Below are positions 52,697-64,000 of a stretch of 64,000 nucleotides of DNA, one piece after another (within the stretch, counting starts at the first letter, position 1; each line of letters starts with the position of its first letter). The position numbers and the translations under genes are program-made. The notes beneath the pieces are model-generated. The model had not been told where the DNA came from and ran no database searches. It worked only from the letters and a program-made list of their open reading frames with translations. The stretch comes from Podarcis erhardii (Eukaryota). Location of the stretch: the NCBI GenBank assembly GCA_964252035.1, contig OZ176205.1. The stretch is one strand, 5' to 3'.

Positions 52697-52929
52697 CATT
52701 GGTGAATGGAGTGAACTAAGAACTGGTTGGAGCAATTGTAGTTCCAGCAGATCTCTTTATGGAAATCAAAGCGGTAAGATACCTAGAGAAGAAAAAGGCC
52801 ATAGCATTTTGCTGTGTGCATACTTGTAGCTTTTCCACACAATCAGAAAACAGCACAATAAAGTTGTTTCCCACTTGTTTTGCACAGTCTGTATATCTGC
52901 CCCATAGTGGTGCTTTTGTTATTCATTCA

Positions 52930-53330
52930 TATTTATTTATTTATTTAAAAGATTTATTCCTTTTAAACAAATTTTTGAGAATTGTTGTGGCAGATCATAA
53001 AATAGTAAAATACATATAAAGTAACAGCTGCCAAACACAAAACAAAAACAGAAATGGGCAGATAGTGCAATAGCTGATAAAATTACAGATAAGACTAAGC
53101 AGTAGCATCTAATTAAACATTACCCAAGCATTCATGCCCTTAGCATGCCATATCCCTCTAGCCAACTTCATTTTGTCAACTTTCCAAATAAATCTATACT
53201 CCAAACCCTTTTATACCACTATTTTTTGACAACTGCTTCTGAATCTTCCAAAAATTGACCTTCATTAGTTTTGCTGCCATTAAAAGTGGCTTATCAACAC
53301 TTTAGTTTTCAAATTCTTATTGCAACTGGA
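52930..53330 (-). mobile_element. Degenerate L1 3' end
   Basis: (TATT)n/poly-T tail with tttatt; minus-strand remnant AAKLM...WK resembles the L1 ORF2 end. Confidence 0.4.
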
Positions 53331-53817
53331 GAAGAACTTTTTAAAAATTCTTCAGAAGTTGTGAATGCTTTTGTTATACAACTCCTGTGCAGAGGTGCTC
53401 ATATACAGTAATCTTTTAAGTGGTGAGTGCTAGAAAGTATCCCTTCGCTTTTGCAGCAATGTCCCTACTCCCAATTTTGTGAAAGTTTTGTTTATATACT
53501 TTGTTTGACCTGAAAAATCTTTTGGAGGTGTTTCACTCCCCTTCTACCGCATTGGAGAGAGATCAAGACTGCTTCCATTCTAGGCATTGAGTGTGGAATT
53601 GCCATGCTCAGTTCACTCATTTTTTACATCTATACTATTTTTCCTTGGCCTCTTCCATCTTTTCGCAGATTACAGAAAGTTTGAGTTTGCCCCCCAGAAG
53701 CGCAGAAAACTAGTGCAATCTCCCATAGCATAACTCTTCCACCTTTTTAAATGGGTGGAGTTTCTACATGGCCAGTTGAGTATCAAGTAAATGAACCTAT
53801 CACAGCTCAGAAACATT

Positions 53818-55330
53818 AATTCCAGTCTGGCTTCAAGCCTGGTCATGACACTAAAACTGCCTTGGTCACCCTGATTGATGACATTTTTCAGGAGCAGATG
53901 ACATTTATGGTGGGGGGAGTACAATGGGACTCTACTTGTTCTCAGTCTCTTGGCGGGTTTCCTTCTGGAGTGTAACTAGGGGCTGGGGGCACTGTGTTTC
54001 AGTGGTTCCACTCCTATCTTTAGGGTCATTTCCAGAAAGCAGTTGTGGGAGACTACTGTTCTGTGCCATGGGAGTTGTCCTATGTTGTCCCATAGGGCTC
54101 CATCTTGTCCCCCATGCTAGTTAACATTTATATGAAGCCTCTGTGAACCATAATCAGGAGACTTGAAGTGTCAGCAATGTACTGATGACATATGGCTCTA
54201 TCTCTGTGTTCCATCTGAATCAGGAGATGCAGCTGAGACGTTAGACCAGTGCTTGGAGGCGGTGATGGGCAGGATGTGGGCCAATGAACTGAAGTTGAAT
54301 CCAGAAAAGGCAGCTGTTATGTGTCCCAAGTTCTCATTTCTGGGAGGTGGGGAAATGGCCTGTCCTGGATGGAGCAGGTCTGCAGCTTGGGCGTGCTCCT
54401 GGATTCAACACTGTCACTGGAGGCTCACATGCTAGGATTGCCTTTTTCCAGCTGTAGATGGTTCAACAGCCACAGTCCCTTTTGGACAGAAATGACTTGG
54501 TCCCTCTACTCCATGCTCTGATAACTTCCAGCTTGGATTATTGCAATGGGCTCTATGTGGGTCTTCCCTTGAAGACAGTTTAGAAACTGCAGTAGCCACT
54601 TTGGCTGAAGCTCTAGTTAGGTAAAGGTAAAGGGACCCCTGACCATTAGGTCCAGTCATGACCGAGTCTGGGGTTGCGGCGCTCATCTCGCTTTATTGGC
54701 CGAGGAAGCCGGTGTACAGCTTCCGGGTCATGTGGCCAGCATGACTAAGCCGTTTCTGGCGAACCAGAGCAGCGCATGGAAACGCCGTTTACCTTCCCGC
54801 TGGAGCCATACCTATTTATCTACTTGCACTTTGACATGCTTTTGAACTGCTAGGTTGGCAGGAGCAGGGACCGAGCAACGGGAGCTCACCTGTCGCAGGG
54901 ATTCAAACCGCCAACCTTCTGATTGGCAAGTCCTAGGCTCAGTGGTTTAACCCACAGCCACCCGCGTCCCTTTGAAGCTCTATTTAGACCTCGCCTAATC
55001 CCAGTTTAAAACCAGCTGCATTGGTTGCCAGTTTGTTTTCAGGCCCAGTTCAAGGTGGTCACTTTAGTGTTTAAAGTCCTAAAAAACTCAGGGCACAAAT
55101 ACCTGCAAGGCTGCTTCCTTCATGACCGCCTTCCTTCCCTACAAATCCCCTTGGGTGTTAATATTGGCAGAGGGAGCCCTATTGGTCCTTCCACCACCTT
55201 CAGAAACTCGGGGTGGGGTGGCCCAGGAGAGGGCATTCTCTGTGGCAGCCCCAAAGTTGTGAACCCCATTTATTTATTTTTAATCAGTCTTTTAATTAAT
55301 ACCAAAAAGCTTTTCTGGCTATAATATTTT
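53818..55330 (+). mobile_element. Degenerate L2 LINE (RT domain to 3' end) interrupted by a Sauria SINE
   Basis: FQSGFKPGHDTKTALVTLIDD; QWFHSYL; GSILSPML.NIYMKPL; DD..LY; L.LNPEK; LDYCN.LY.GLP; QFKVVTL.FK.L. Confidence 0.85.
54619..54970 (-). mobile_element. Sauria SINE (Squam1), full length
   Basis: aggtaaaggtaaagggacccctgaccattagg...cccgcgtccc; TSD core TGAAGCTCTA at 54606-54615 and 54973-54982. Confidence 0.93.
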
Positions 55331-56064
55331 TTAAATATTAGTGAAGTGCTATTTCAATGAAGGAGGGCTATCATGCAACAGCATTATAATGCTATAATTT
55401 AAAATAGGCTTTAAAAAAATTAATTGGTCAGTACCATTAATCATCTTGCTAAAATGGCAGTTACTGAAAAGGAGTTCCCCACCGTTAAAAAAAAAAAGTT
55501 TTATGATATTATGACGATATGTTATTTCATTTAAGCAGTATTTCATTAATACAGTTGGAATAACCATTTTAGAACTAATTACAATATTGATTAAAAGAAT
55601 ATTGATATAGTAGCTCCCACTGTAAAGGCTGCAGTGCATGTGAGATGAGTTTCAAACGTCTCCTCCAATGAAGTGGACCTCCTCCTTCCACACCATCATG
55701 GGGAGGGGGATTTATCGGTTTTGGGTTTTATTATGTATTTTGTGTTTTTATATTGTATTTTTGTGTTGTGAACTGCCCTGAGATCTACAAATTCAATAGA
55801 TAATAATGACATAAATTGATATATCATGCCCACTGTTGTGGATGGAACACAGGGTATGCGCACATAGCAAATGTACAATACTCCCAATAGTGTGGAAAGT
55901 CAGTTGTAATTCTACTTACCAGCTTATGATGGTAGAACTATTATTGGGTTGGCCAAAACCTGTCTAAAAGTAGCTTAACTCTGTTCAGGTGTATAGAAAT
56001 ATATACTACAGCTTCTCTCTCTCTCCCCCATGTTATTCCCCACTCTTAGTTTTTAAGTACAGTA

Positions 56065-56282
56065 CAGTGGTATCTCAGGTTACATATGCTTCAGGTTACA
56101 GACTCCGCTAACCCAGAAATATTACCTCGGGTTAAGAACTTTGCTTCAGGATGAGAACAGAAATCGTGCAGCAGCGGCAGCAGGAGGCCCCATTGGCTAA
56201 AGTGGTGCTTCAGGTTAAGAACAGTTTCAGGTTAAGAACAGACCTCCGGAATGAATTTAGTACTTAACCTGAGGTACCACTG
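56065..56282. mobile_element. Tigger-like MITE
   Basis: TA|CAGTGGTATCTCAGG...CCTGAGGTACCACTG|TA; same family as 30197-30405. Confidence 0.9.
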
Positions 56283-59200
56283 TACTGGGGCTTGAAGCAT
56301 GCTTTGATAATCTTTTAGTGATCCTGGGAATATCTTCTATCCTTTGAAATGTGTATAAAACAGGCATGGTGAACCTGTCACACTCCAGGTGGTGTATTAC
56401 GTTAGAATTGCATCAGAAACCCAAGCTAGTGTGGCCAGAAGTCAGGAGAGATGGGAGCTATAGTTCAACAATCTGTGGAGGACCACAAGATCCTATGAAA
56501 AACAGGTTTGATTGGTCAGCACAAGCATGCTTTCTTTACAACAGCTCTGTCCTTGCTGAGGAACCACTGGGTTTCAGAAGCTGCATCAGCATCTTACAGG
56601 CAATACTAGGCAGTTTGCCACTCACAAACTGTCATTCAAATAGTGTAACCCACAAGTTACATGGCTCAAAGACAAATGTATTTGGTTGGCAAACAGGTAT
56701 AAAGGCACTTTACGCTAATAACTGGGTCATGTTTTGTACTGACATAAAATAAAGCCAGTTAGTGCACTGCTACAATGATACGTTTGTTGTTCAACTCTAT
56801 AATTCCTTCCTGCATTCAGGACTGAAGGTAATATACTTTGCAAACATGGTGGTTTAGTTTTTCCTTCAAGCAACCTGCTCTTTCAGCTGCTGAACTATTC
56901 ACGTCAATAACAGTAAAGGTCCTGGGTGCTGTTCACCTTGTGTTGAAATGTTGCCAGCTCGAAGGGAATTATCAAGGGAGAGATACGGCATGTGCTGCGA
57001 GTGTCGTGAGCAGAAAATAGAACCATAGAATCATAGAATTGATAGAATGTTTGCTCTCTTGCCATGCAAGCAACCAGTTACCTCTGCTTCAGTACCCTGA
57101 CCTGGCCCAGCCACTCCCCCTGCACTCCTAACCGCACCCATCTCTGCGGACCACTACTGCCACTGAGTCAGCATGGGCAGGAGCAAGGCTGATAGTGTGC
57201 TTATAGTTTCTTTTGTACTGTTTGGTTTCCATGATTACGCAGGCCTCAAGAGACAATCCTATAAAATCTGCTTTTACTATAAGAACTTATTAGTTAAAGT
57301 GAACTAGAAGGAAAAAAATGCACAATTTGGGGTGGTTTTTTGTGTGCAATTGGTTTATTTCAATGATACAAACAAGTTAAGGGTAAATTAACTTAAGGAA
57401 GTTCACATAAGGGACTTATACTGCCAACCGATTCTTCTTGACACCCTAAAGCTTCTCTGGAAAGTTGAGGAGGCCTTTCCGAACCATGTGGTTGGGGTGC
57501 AGGGGGCTGCTGAGGGAAGAGGGACTCCCCTAAAATGGGGTTCGACCTTAATATAACTGAAGGAAGTTTAAGGAAGCCAAGTTCCCCATTCCTTCCTCCT
57601 CCCCTCCAGCTGCCCCACCCCATTCCACATTGTTCAGAAGGGCCCCCTCATCCTTTCTGGAGAGTGTTTTCAGTGGTTGCAGTTGGCTGTGGGAGGGAGA
57701 ATGAGACAGCAAACTTTCCTTCCATAAACTTGCTTATGTTAAATATTTAGGTAGAGCTGTCAACTTTGGATTTCAAAATTTTTGTCTTGAAGCAGTAATG
57801 GGAAGTTTATGGCTGAACATCTGGCAGAATCCTGATTTCTCCAGGGATAAGACAATTACAAAAAATAAATAAAACTCCCATTAGCCTCTGCTGATAGCAT
57901 GGCCAACAGTCAGGGATAATGGGAGTTGTAGTTAGAAAAGAACAGGTTGCCTAAGATGACTCAGTAGTGTTATGAGGGGAATATATTAAAGTTGAACATT
58001 ATGAGAGACATTTAGGTTCATCATTGCTTTCATATGTTTCATGGAAGGGAAAGGAAACATATTCATGGGCTTAGCTCTGACACAAATACAGTAAAGATCT
58101 GTTTATTTATGGAGTATAGTTCAAATGTTCCTGCCTTCCACTGATAACACTGGAGAATATAAAAGATGGGAAAGCAGAGGAAGAACAATAAAAAAGCCAA
58201 GTTTCCCAAAAGGCATTGCATATGCTGCTTCCCTAAACTCTTATTGGCATTCCAGAGGCCATAAGAAGGTGTTCAATGACATGTGCTTGTTCGCTTTGCC
58301 TGCCCACACTCCTAATGAGCACCCTTGGGCATCCAATCTCCCTGCAATCTCCCTTTGTTCTTCCAAGGTCTTGTTCCTACCAAGCAAACTTGTTTGCATG
58401 AGGACTAAGAGTCCCAGTTACTATGGCGTGCTCTGTCATGTCTGGTCCTCACGTGGCACATTAGCCCCATTGCATTTTCAACATTCCTGTTCAGTATGAT
58501 TCATAAGTGCTTGTTTACCAGAATCAGCTGTTCTATGAAGATTTCAATGTTTCTTATTTGTCCCGATCCTACTTCCTCCACCATCGTGAAGTACTGGTTC
58601 ATAACTACAGCTGTCTCTAATGGTCAGGCCAGGCAAGATACAAATTATTGAAGGGATGCACACAGTTTCCAAGGCACCCCAGTCACAACGTACCTTCCAA
58701 TTCTCAATCTCTTTCCCTTGCCTAGTTTTAACACATAGCAGATGAAATGGTAGACCAATGTCTCAGAATGCATGTTTAGGCTTACTAGGCAGAATGATCT
58801 CTCTCTTTCACTCACACATATATTCGTTCAGACAGAAGACTAGCATGTCATGGAGAAAGCTTAGAAAGAAACACCCTCAGAGACACCTAGTAAAAAAAAG
58901 TTTGATATAGGGAAAAGGGATGAGGATAGATGGATATATAACTCTGGAGATCCAAAGTTCCCATCTTTTTTAAAACAAAACAAAACACACCTGTACCCAC
59001 GGGAGGGTATTTAATGTTGGGTTATTAGTATACGTCAGGTCTTGTCCATTAATTTGATAAGGGTGAAAGAAGGTATTTTTAAAAGGAAGGTCAGATTGTT
59101 TTGTGTTACGTAGCTATTTACTTTAAACTAAACAAGGGGAAAAGTAGACAAGCTGCTATTGAAGGAAACAACCCAGAGGACTGAATTGTAGGGAGAACCT

Positions 59201-60836
59201 TGTGGGAATCCATCTGGTAGAAGGTTTTCTGCCGATCAGCAGAATTCTGTTGTATAGATATTCTGAGGTCAATGCCTTTACTGTACGGTCTGTGGTCTCC
59301 TGATCTGCCTCACTGAGAATGTTCCAGAGTTGTGAGTTGATGTCAGCCACATTTGCTCTTCTGATAGGGTGGAGGGGGGCAGCGGGGGAAAGAGAAAAAG
59401 ATGAATCATTTTGATGCTATGGTATACTAGCAGCCACACCCTGGGCGCTGCGCCAGAAGCCAGGTATGGTAGAGAGAACAGAGGAGAGTGTTCAGCAGAG
59501 AAAGCTGTATACTGAAGCACCTGACCATTCGTGAGAATGATCCCTGACCTTTCCACCTTATATGCTGCCAGTTCCAGGTTTGGAGAACCCTTGCACAAAT
59601 CATGAGTCAGAGAGGAAGGGGCAGGCAAGTGAACAAGTTGCCCATGGAAAGGAGCTCAGCCAGGGGGGCTCTAGGCAGCGGGCCTTGATGTAAGCTTCAA
59701 GAGATGCCCATCCTTACCAGTGAATACCCACATGCCCATTCTGGAGAAGAGTTCTAGTGAACTTTTTGACATCTCAGTTGGTTCTGATAATCAGCAGTAG
59801 GGGACCTCCTGCCTAATTAGGCCTTCCAGGTCTCCTCATTTGGCCTGTCAGGGAGTTTTAGCCAAGCCACACTCACCTGCCCTATGCCTGATGTGGCAGA
59901 GCCACAGGCACTACCAACCCTGCAAATAAATAAATTTATTATTTATACCCCACCCATCTGGCTGGGTCTCCCTAGCCACTCTGGGTGGTTTAAAGCCCCA
60001 TGCACAATGCTCTGCAAGCACTACTAATCAGCACAAGAGAAAAATGGTTCACCTGATGTCCTTGTGACAGCATATGATTGACAGGGGGGCGGCCATGTCT
60101 CTTCTGTGAAAACTGATCTGTAGGAGATGGTGGAGATAAGGATTTGGCCAGCCAGTCAGATCCAATTCCTTACCCTTTTAACAAAAGAACTACACTACTT
60201 TTAAGGATTTGTTTTTTTCCTAATAAGTCAACACATCCTCCTCCAGTTTCCTGCACCCTACATTTTCTTCTTTGACCAGGATTCCTTTTCTTGCTTGAGC
60301 ACTCATTTGTGTGAACCAAGCCATAGTGATTAATCCCCTAAAAGGAAGATGATGTGGCTGAAACCTGTCTGGGAGCCACCCTGATTTACAAGTCTTGACC
60401 CCTAATCTGGGGGACAGGCTCTGGTTTCTCAACAGTAAAGTTCAGTTCAGTTCACTTTTGAGTGATTTTTTTTTGGGGTGTGTGTTTTACTAAATACACT
60501 TTTTTTTTTTACTAAATACAAATTTAATGACAACAATAAGCCCCCAAAACAAAGAAGGAAATACACTCTGCATATGTTTGAAGCATCCTCTCTTTTGTTA
60601 GTACAGTACACCTAGTAATATTTTAGTGCAGATATTTCAGGGTTGAGTTCTGGCACTCAAGACGTGTTTTGAGGTTGAGACCACAGGCTCTAAATGTGAG
60701 CCCTGGCTCATATTTAAGATCTAAATCCGCTTTGCTGCTGGGCTACTGAAATACTTCCATGTGGAAACTGAGCCCAATCGTTCCTGCTGTGATTGGCAGG
60801 GTCTTGTTTGCTCCTGTGTGCTGAATTCCTTGACAG

Positions 60837-60923
60837 AGCCAACATCCCCCTGGGCTGAAGAAAACCTGCCTAGGTTTGGTTTGAAATGTTTTGGCAGTGC
60901 GCCCAGTACTAAATCTACAATAG
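60837..60923 (+). other. Candidate internal exon of an unidentified gene
   Basis: ttccttgacag| 87 nt |gtgagt; only one frame is open (phase 1-1): EPTSPWAEENLPRFGLKCFGSAPSTKSTIG. No homologue recognised. Confidence 0.3.
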
Positions 60924-63900
60924 GTGAGTCACACCTGGACCTTGTGTATGTGAACCAAGTGTATTTGTGTCAAATGAATGTGTATGCATATCTATGACAT
61001 GGGAGGGAGGGGAGGGGAGAGAGCGGCCCATGATTTTGTGCGTGTGATCTAACGAAACAAATAAGCTGATGGCCATGCCTCACATGGCTCAGTAGGGTGG
61101 AACAGGCTCAATTTGTGTTAGAGAAAGTTTAGCATTAGAGTACTTACAACACTGCAGAAAGGAAACCTGGAAGATGTATGACCTTTCCTTCCTGTATTTT
61201 GCTATGTGGCAGACTTAAAGCTGATTTGCATCTTGCAGCTCCTACACCCAAAAGCAACTTTCCCAAAGGCACATAAAAATGTCCAGATCAACATGTGTGT
61301 TGAGTCCTGGAGGTTCTTCTTTGGTGAACTGTAAAGTAGCAGAAAGCATGCTTTAAAAATTAAATGTAATGGGATTACATTTTTCATTATTGTAAGGCAG
61401 TGGTAGCCAACATGGTGCCCTCCAGATGGATTCCCATCACCCCTAGCCAATATAGTCAGGCATCATGGGAGTTGTAGTCCACAACATCTGGAAGGCACCA
61501 CGGGAGCAGCCCCTGCTACAAGTTACTTTAAGTTTTACTAATTAGTGTGTGGATATTGCAATAGGTTTTATGGGTTAGGTCAGTTTCTGGGCAATATCTT
61601 ATTGTATGGATCATGTTGTTTTTCTCCATGACCAGAGGGGTATTGGTCTGGTGTATCAGAGGATCAAAGACCTGCTACTATTTTTGTAGCAGTGCCCTTG
61701 CATGGTCCTTGTTGCCAGTGTCCTACAGCCACCCAATCAACATGAAAGGGGAGCTTTTTAGTCACTGAGATGTCTTCTCATCCTTTGTGCTGATTGGAGT
61801 CAATCAGAGTGAAAGGAGGTGAGCCAGCCACAGAGGATTGGCTCCTAGGTTTGCTCTGGAGAAAACACACAGGAAGAACAGTGAGCTGGAGTTGGTCTAT
61901 ATGCTCCAAAGCCAAGCATTTTGGAAAACTGAAAACAGAAGGTGCTTCAGTTTCAAAGATATGGCGTGGAAGTTCTGTTATGTGGAATGGAACTTCAAGG
62001 AAAAGGCAGCAAGTCACTCTGAAAGGTGATGGAGAACTACAAATAATTTCCCCATGTATGTATGTGTACAGAAAACAGTAGATCTAGCTGAAAGACGGCA
62101 CATGGGGATCTACATTGATCATTGCAATGCACCCCTAATTATTATTAGTGTATAATTATAAGATTATTGTAAAATGTTAGAAGGGTACTAACTGTAGCTG
62201 TGAGGGGGCATGGCTATAAGAGGTGCAGCTGTGATGTGGGGTCCTTTCATGAAGATCACAGCTACACCTCTTATAGCCATGCTACTTTTGAATTTGCCAC
62301 TACGCTACTTTCCATGACACTCCAAATGTCCAAAAATGGTTTGCTGGAGAAAATTGCCTAGTCAACAGTCCCCTGCATATGAAAAGCTGCTCACAACATG
62401 GTAATTTGAAGTAGTATCTATAATTATGTGGTGGCCTTAGCTATGTTTTATGGAGATTCTGCTACATTGACTTGGAAGGTCCCAATAACTCCCAGCTGCA
62501 CTTGCCCTTCATTTCCCCTCTAGAACAACATATAAAAAATCCACGTTATCATGGGCCACAGAGAGCAGGTTCACTGCCTAACAGTACAAACAGATAGTTC
62601 AGGACGTAAGTGTGAGTCAACCCTTGGAGAAAGCAAAATCCCCTGGGATTATTAGCTCGCCTGACCTGGGAAAAATTCTGGCCCAGCCCAGTTCCTAAGG
62701 TAGTCACGAACATGAGCAATAGCCATCAACCTAGTCATTCCAAGAGAAAAATGAAGTCCTTAGTATAAACAGTTCTAATATAAATTTCGAAGTTTTTCTG
62801 TATAAAAACTGCTACTTTGGGCTTACAGGTTTACAGTGTTTTCTTTATTAGCATCTTAGTTCTATACCTAATCCAGAACCCTCTATAGAGGAAGCAGGCT
62901 GTTTATCCCGAAAGGTGCTATGCAAATGGTATCATGTTATGGGGAAGCACCATGCAGTTACCTTGGACACATATATTTATGTACATAAATGATCATGTAC
63001 ACATACACAGCTACTGAATTCACATATGACATTATTTCTTAAACTTTATGAAACTATGTTATTCTTCCAAACCTATCAGATTTTCCATGTCCACATTCAT
63101 ACCTACCCCCAAGAGCAAGCAAACTGAAACAGCGCTATTGGGTATATCTGTCCAGTTCCTGTACCACTTGTCACTTTCCTTTCTATCAGGTCCAATGCAG
63201 TACAGCATTGTGCTTCATTCTTCCTCTTCTTCAGCACCTATATCTCCTTTGTGCAACTCCATCCTGCTGCCCTCTTCATAATGCCTTCCATGGTGCCACT
63301 TAAAGTGTCTGGGGATATTTGACAGGAAACACAGGGGAGATTCCACCACCTTAAAAAGAAACAGCAACTTTTGAAGTGGAGATGTGTACACACTGACTCT
63401 AAATCAAGTATGTTTCCCAAAGCGGATCAAATATGAGCATCTATTTTGGAAATTAAACCGAAGTGCAAAACCAGGCAGCTCAGTCTCCTAACCCCTCACC
63501 CTGACTGCAATACCACTTTCAGCAGTTCTAGTGGGATAGCAACCCACAGTCTGCAGAATCCTAAACCTAGAATGTTTACGGCCATATAGCCCGCAAGCCA
63601 CGCAAAACTGTTATTCTCCCCTTGTGGTGTCCCCGACCATTTTGTTTGAAACAAGCAAACAAAAACAGCAGCTGCCCAGAAACTTTTAAATGCATGTAAG
63701 AATGAACAAGGGAAATGAAATGAGGGGCATCCTGAACTCTACCTACTAGGAAGTATCTGAACCAGTCCCAAACAGTAAAGGAAGGAAAGAACAAACTCAA
63801 ATAAGCAATTTTTGTATTTCTCAGATATTATACAGATGAGTATTTAGCTTCACCTGTGTTACATCATCTAAAAAGTTCGACTCAATTTTGACATACTTTT

Positions 63901-64000
63901 TGGCCCACTGAGGGTGTAAATCAGCCTTTCCCAACACAGTGTCCGCTTAGTTATTAGACTACAACTTCCATCATCCCTGATCCGTGCCAGGCTAATAGGA

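Noticed and set aside
63219-63311. Possible minus-strand terminal exon HFKWHHGRHYEEGSRMELHKGDIGAEEEEE*
   Set aside because: Short, two frames open, mediocre acceptor and no recognisable homology; indistinguishable from chance.

Overview
Vertebrate genomic DNA from a squamate reptile. Sauria/Squam1, Squam2-like and Squam3-like SINEs point to a lizard, and Lacertidae is my inference. I recognise no intact host protein-coding gene; the window is repeat-dense and looks intergenic or intronic. Main contents: (1) a full-length, apparently very recent Ty1/copia LTR retrotransposon on the minus strand (19871-25420). It has two 608-bp LTRs with no difference found by eye, a CATAG target-site duplication (TSD) and one uninterrupted 1333-aa Gag-PR-IN-RT-RH ORF. 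Its PBS resembles the tRNA-iMet anticodon-arm (half-tRNA) type, and RT carries FVDD instead of YVDD. (2) A processed EXOSC2/RRP4 pseudogene (about 50030-51536) with one frameshift and one nonsense change. (3) Penelope-like fold-back insertions, one a perfect 172-bp spacerless palindrome with a minimal hammerhead ribozyme motif on each strand. (4) A 5'-truncated L1 flanked by a 345-bp direct duplication. (5) A 436-bp solo LTR whose minus strand is an open, Met-less 109-codon frame starting at the LTR edge and containing an Arg-rich segment. (6) Many Tigger-like and hAT MITEs, a probable Helitron, L2/CR1/RTE/L1 fragments, SINEs and microsatellites. All repeat-family names come from motif recognition, not database searches. 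Boundaries of old elements are approximate.
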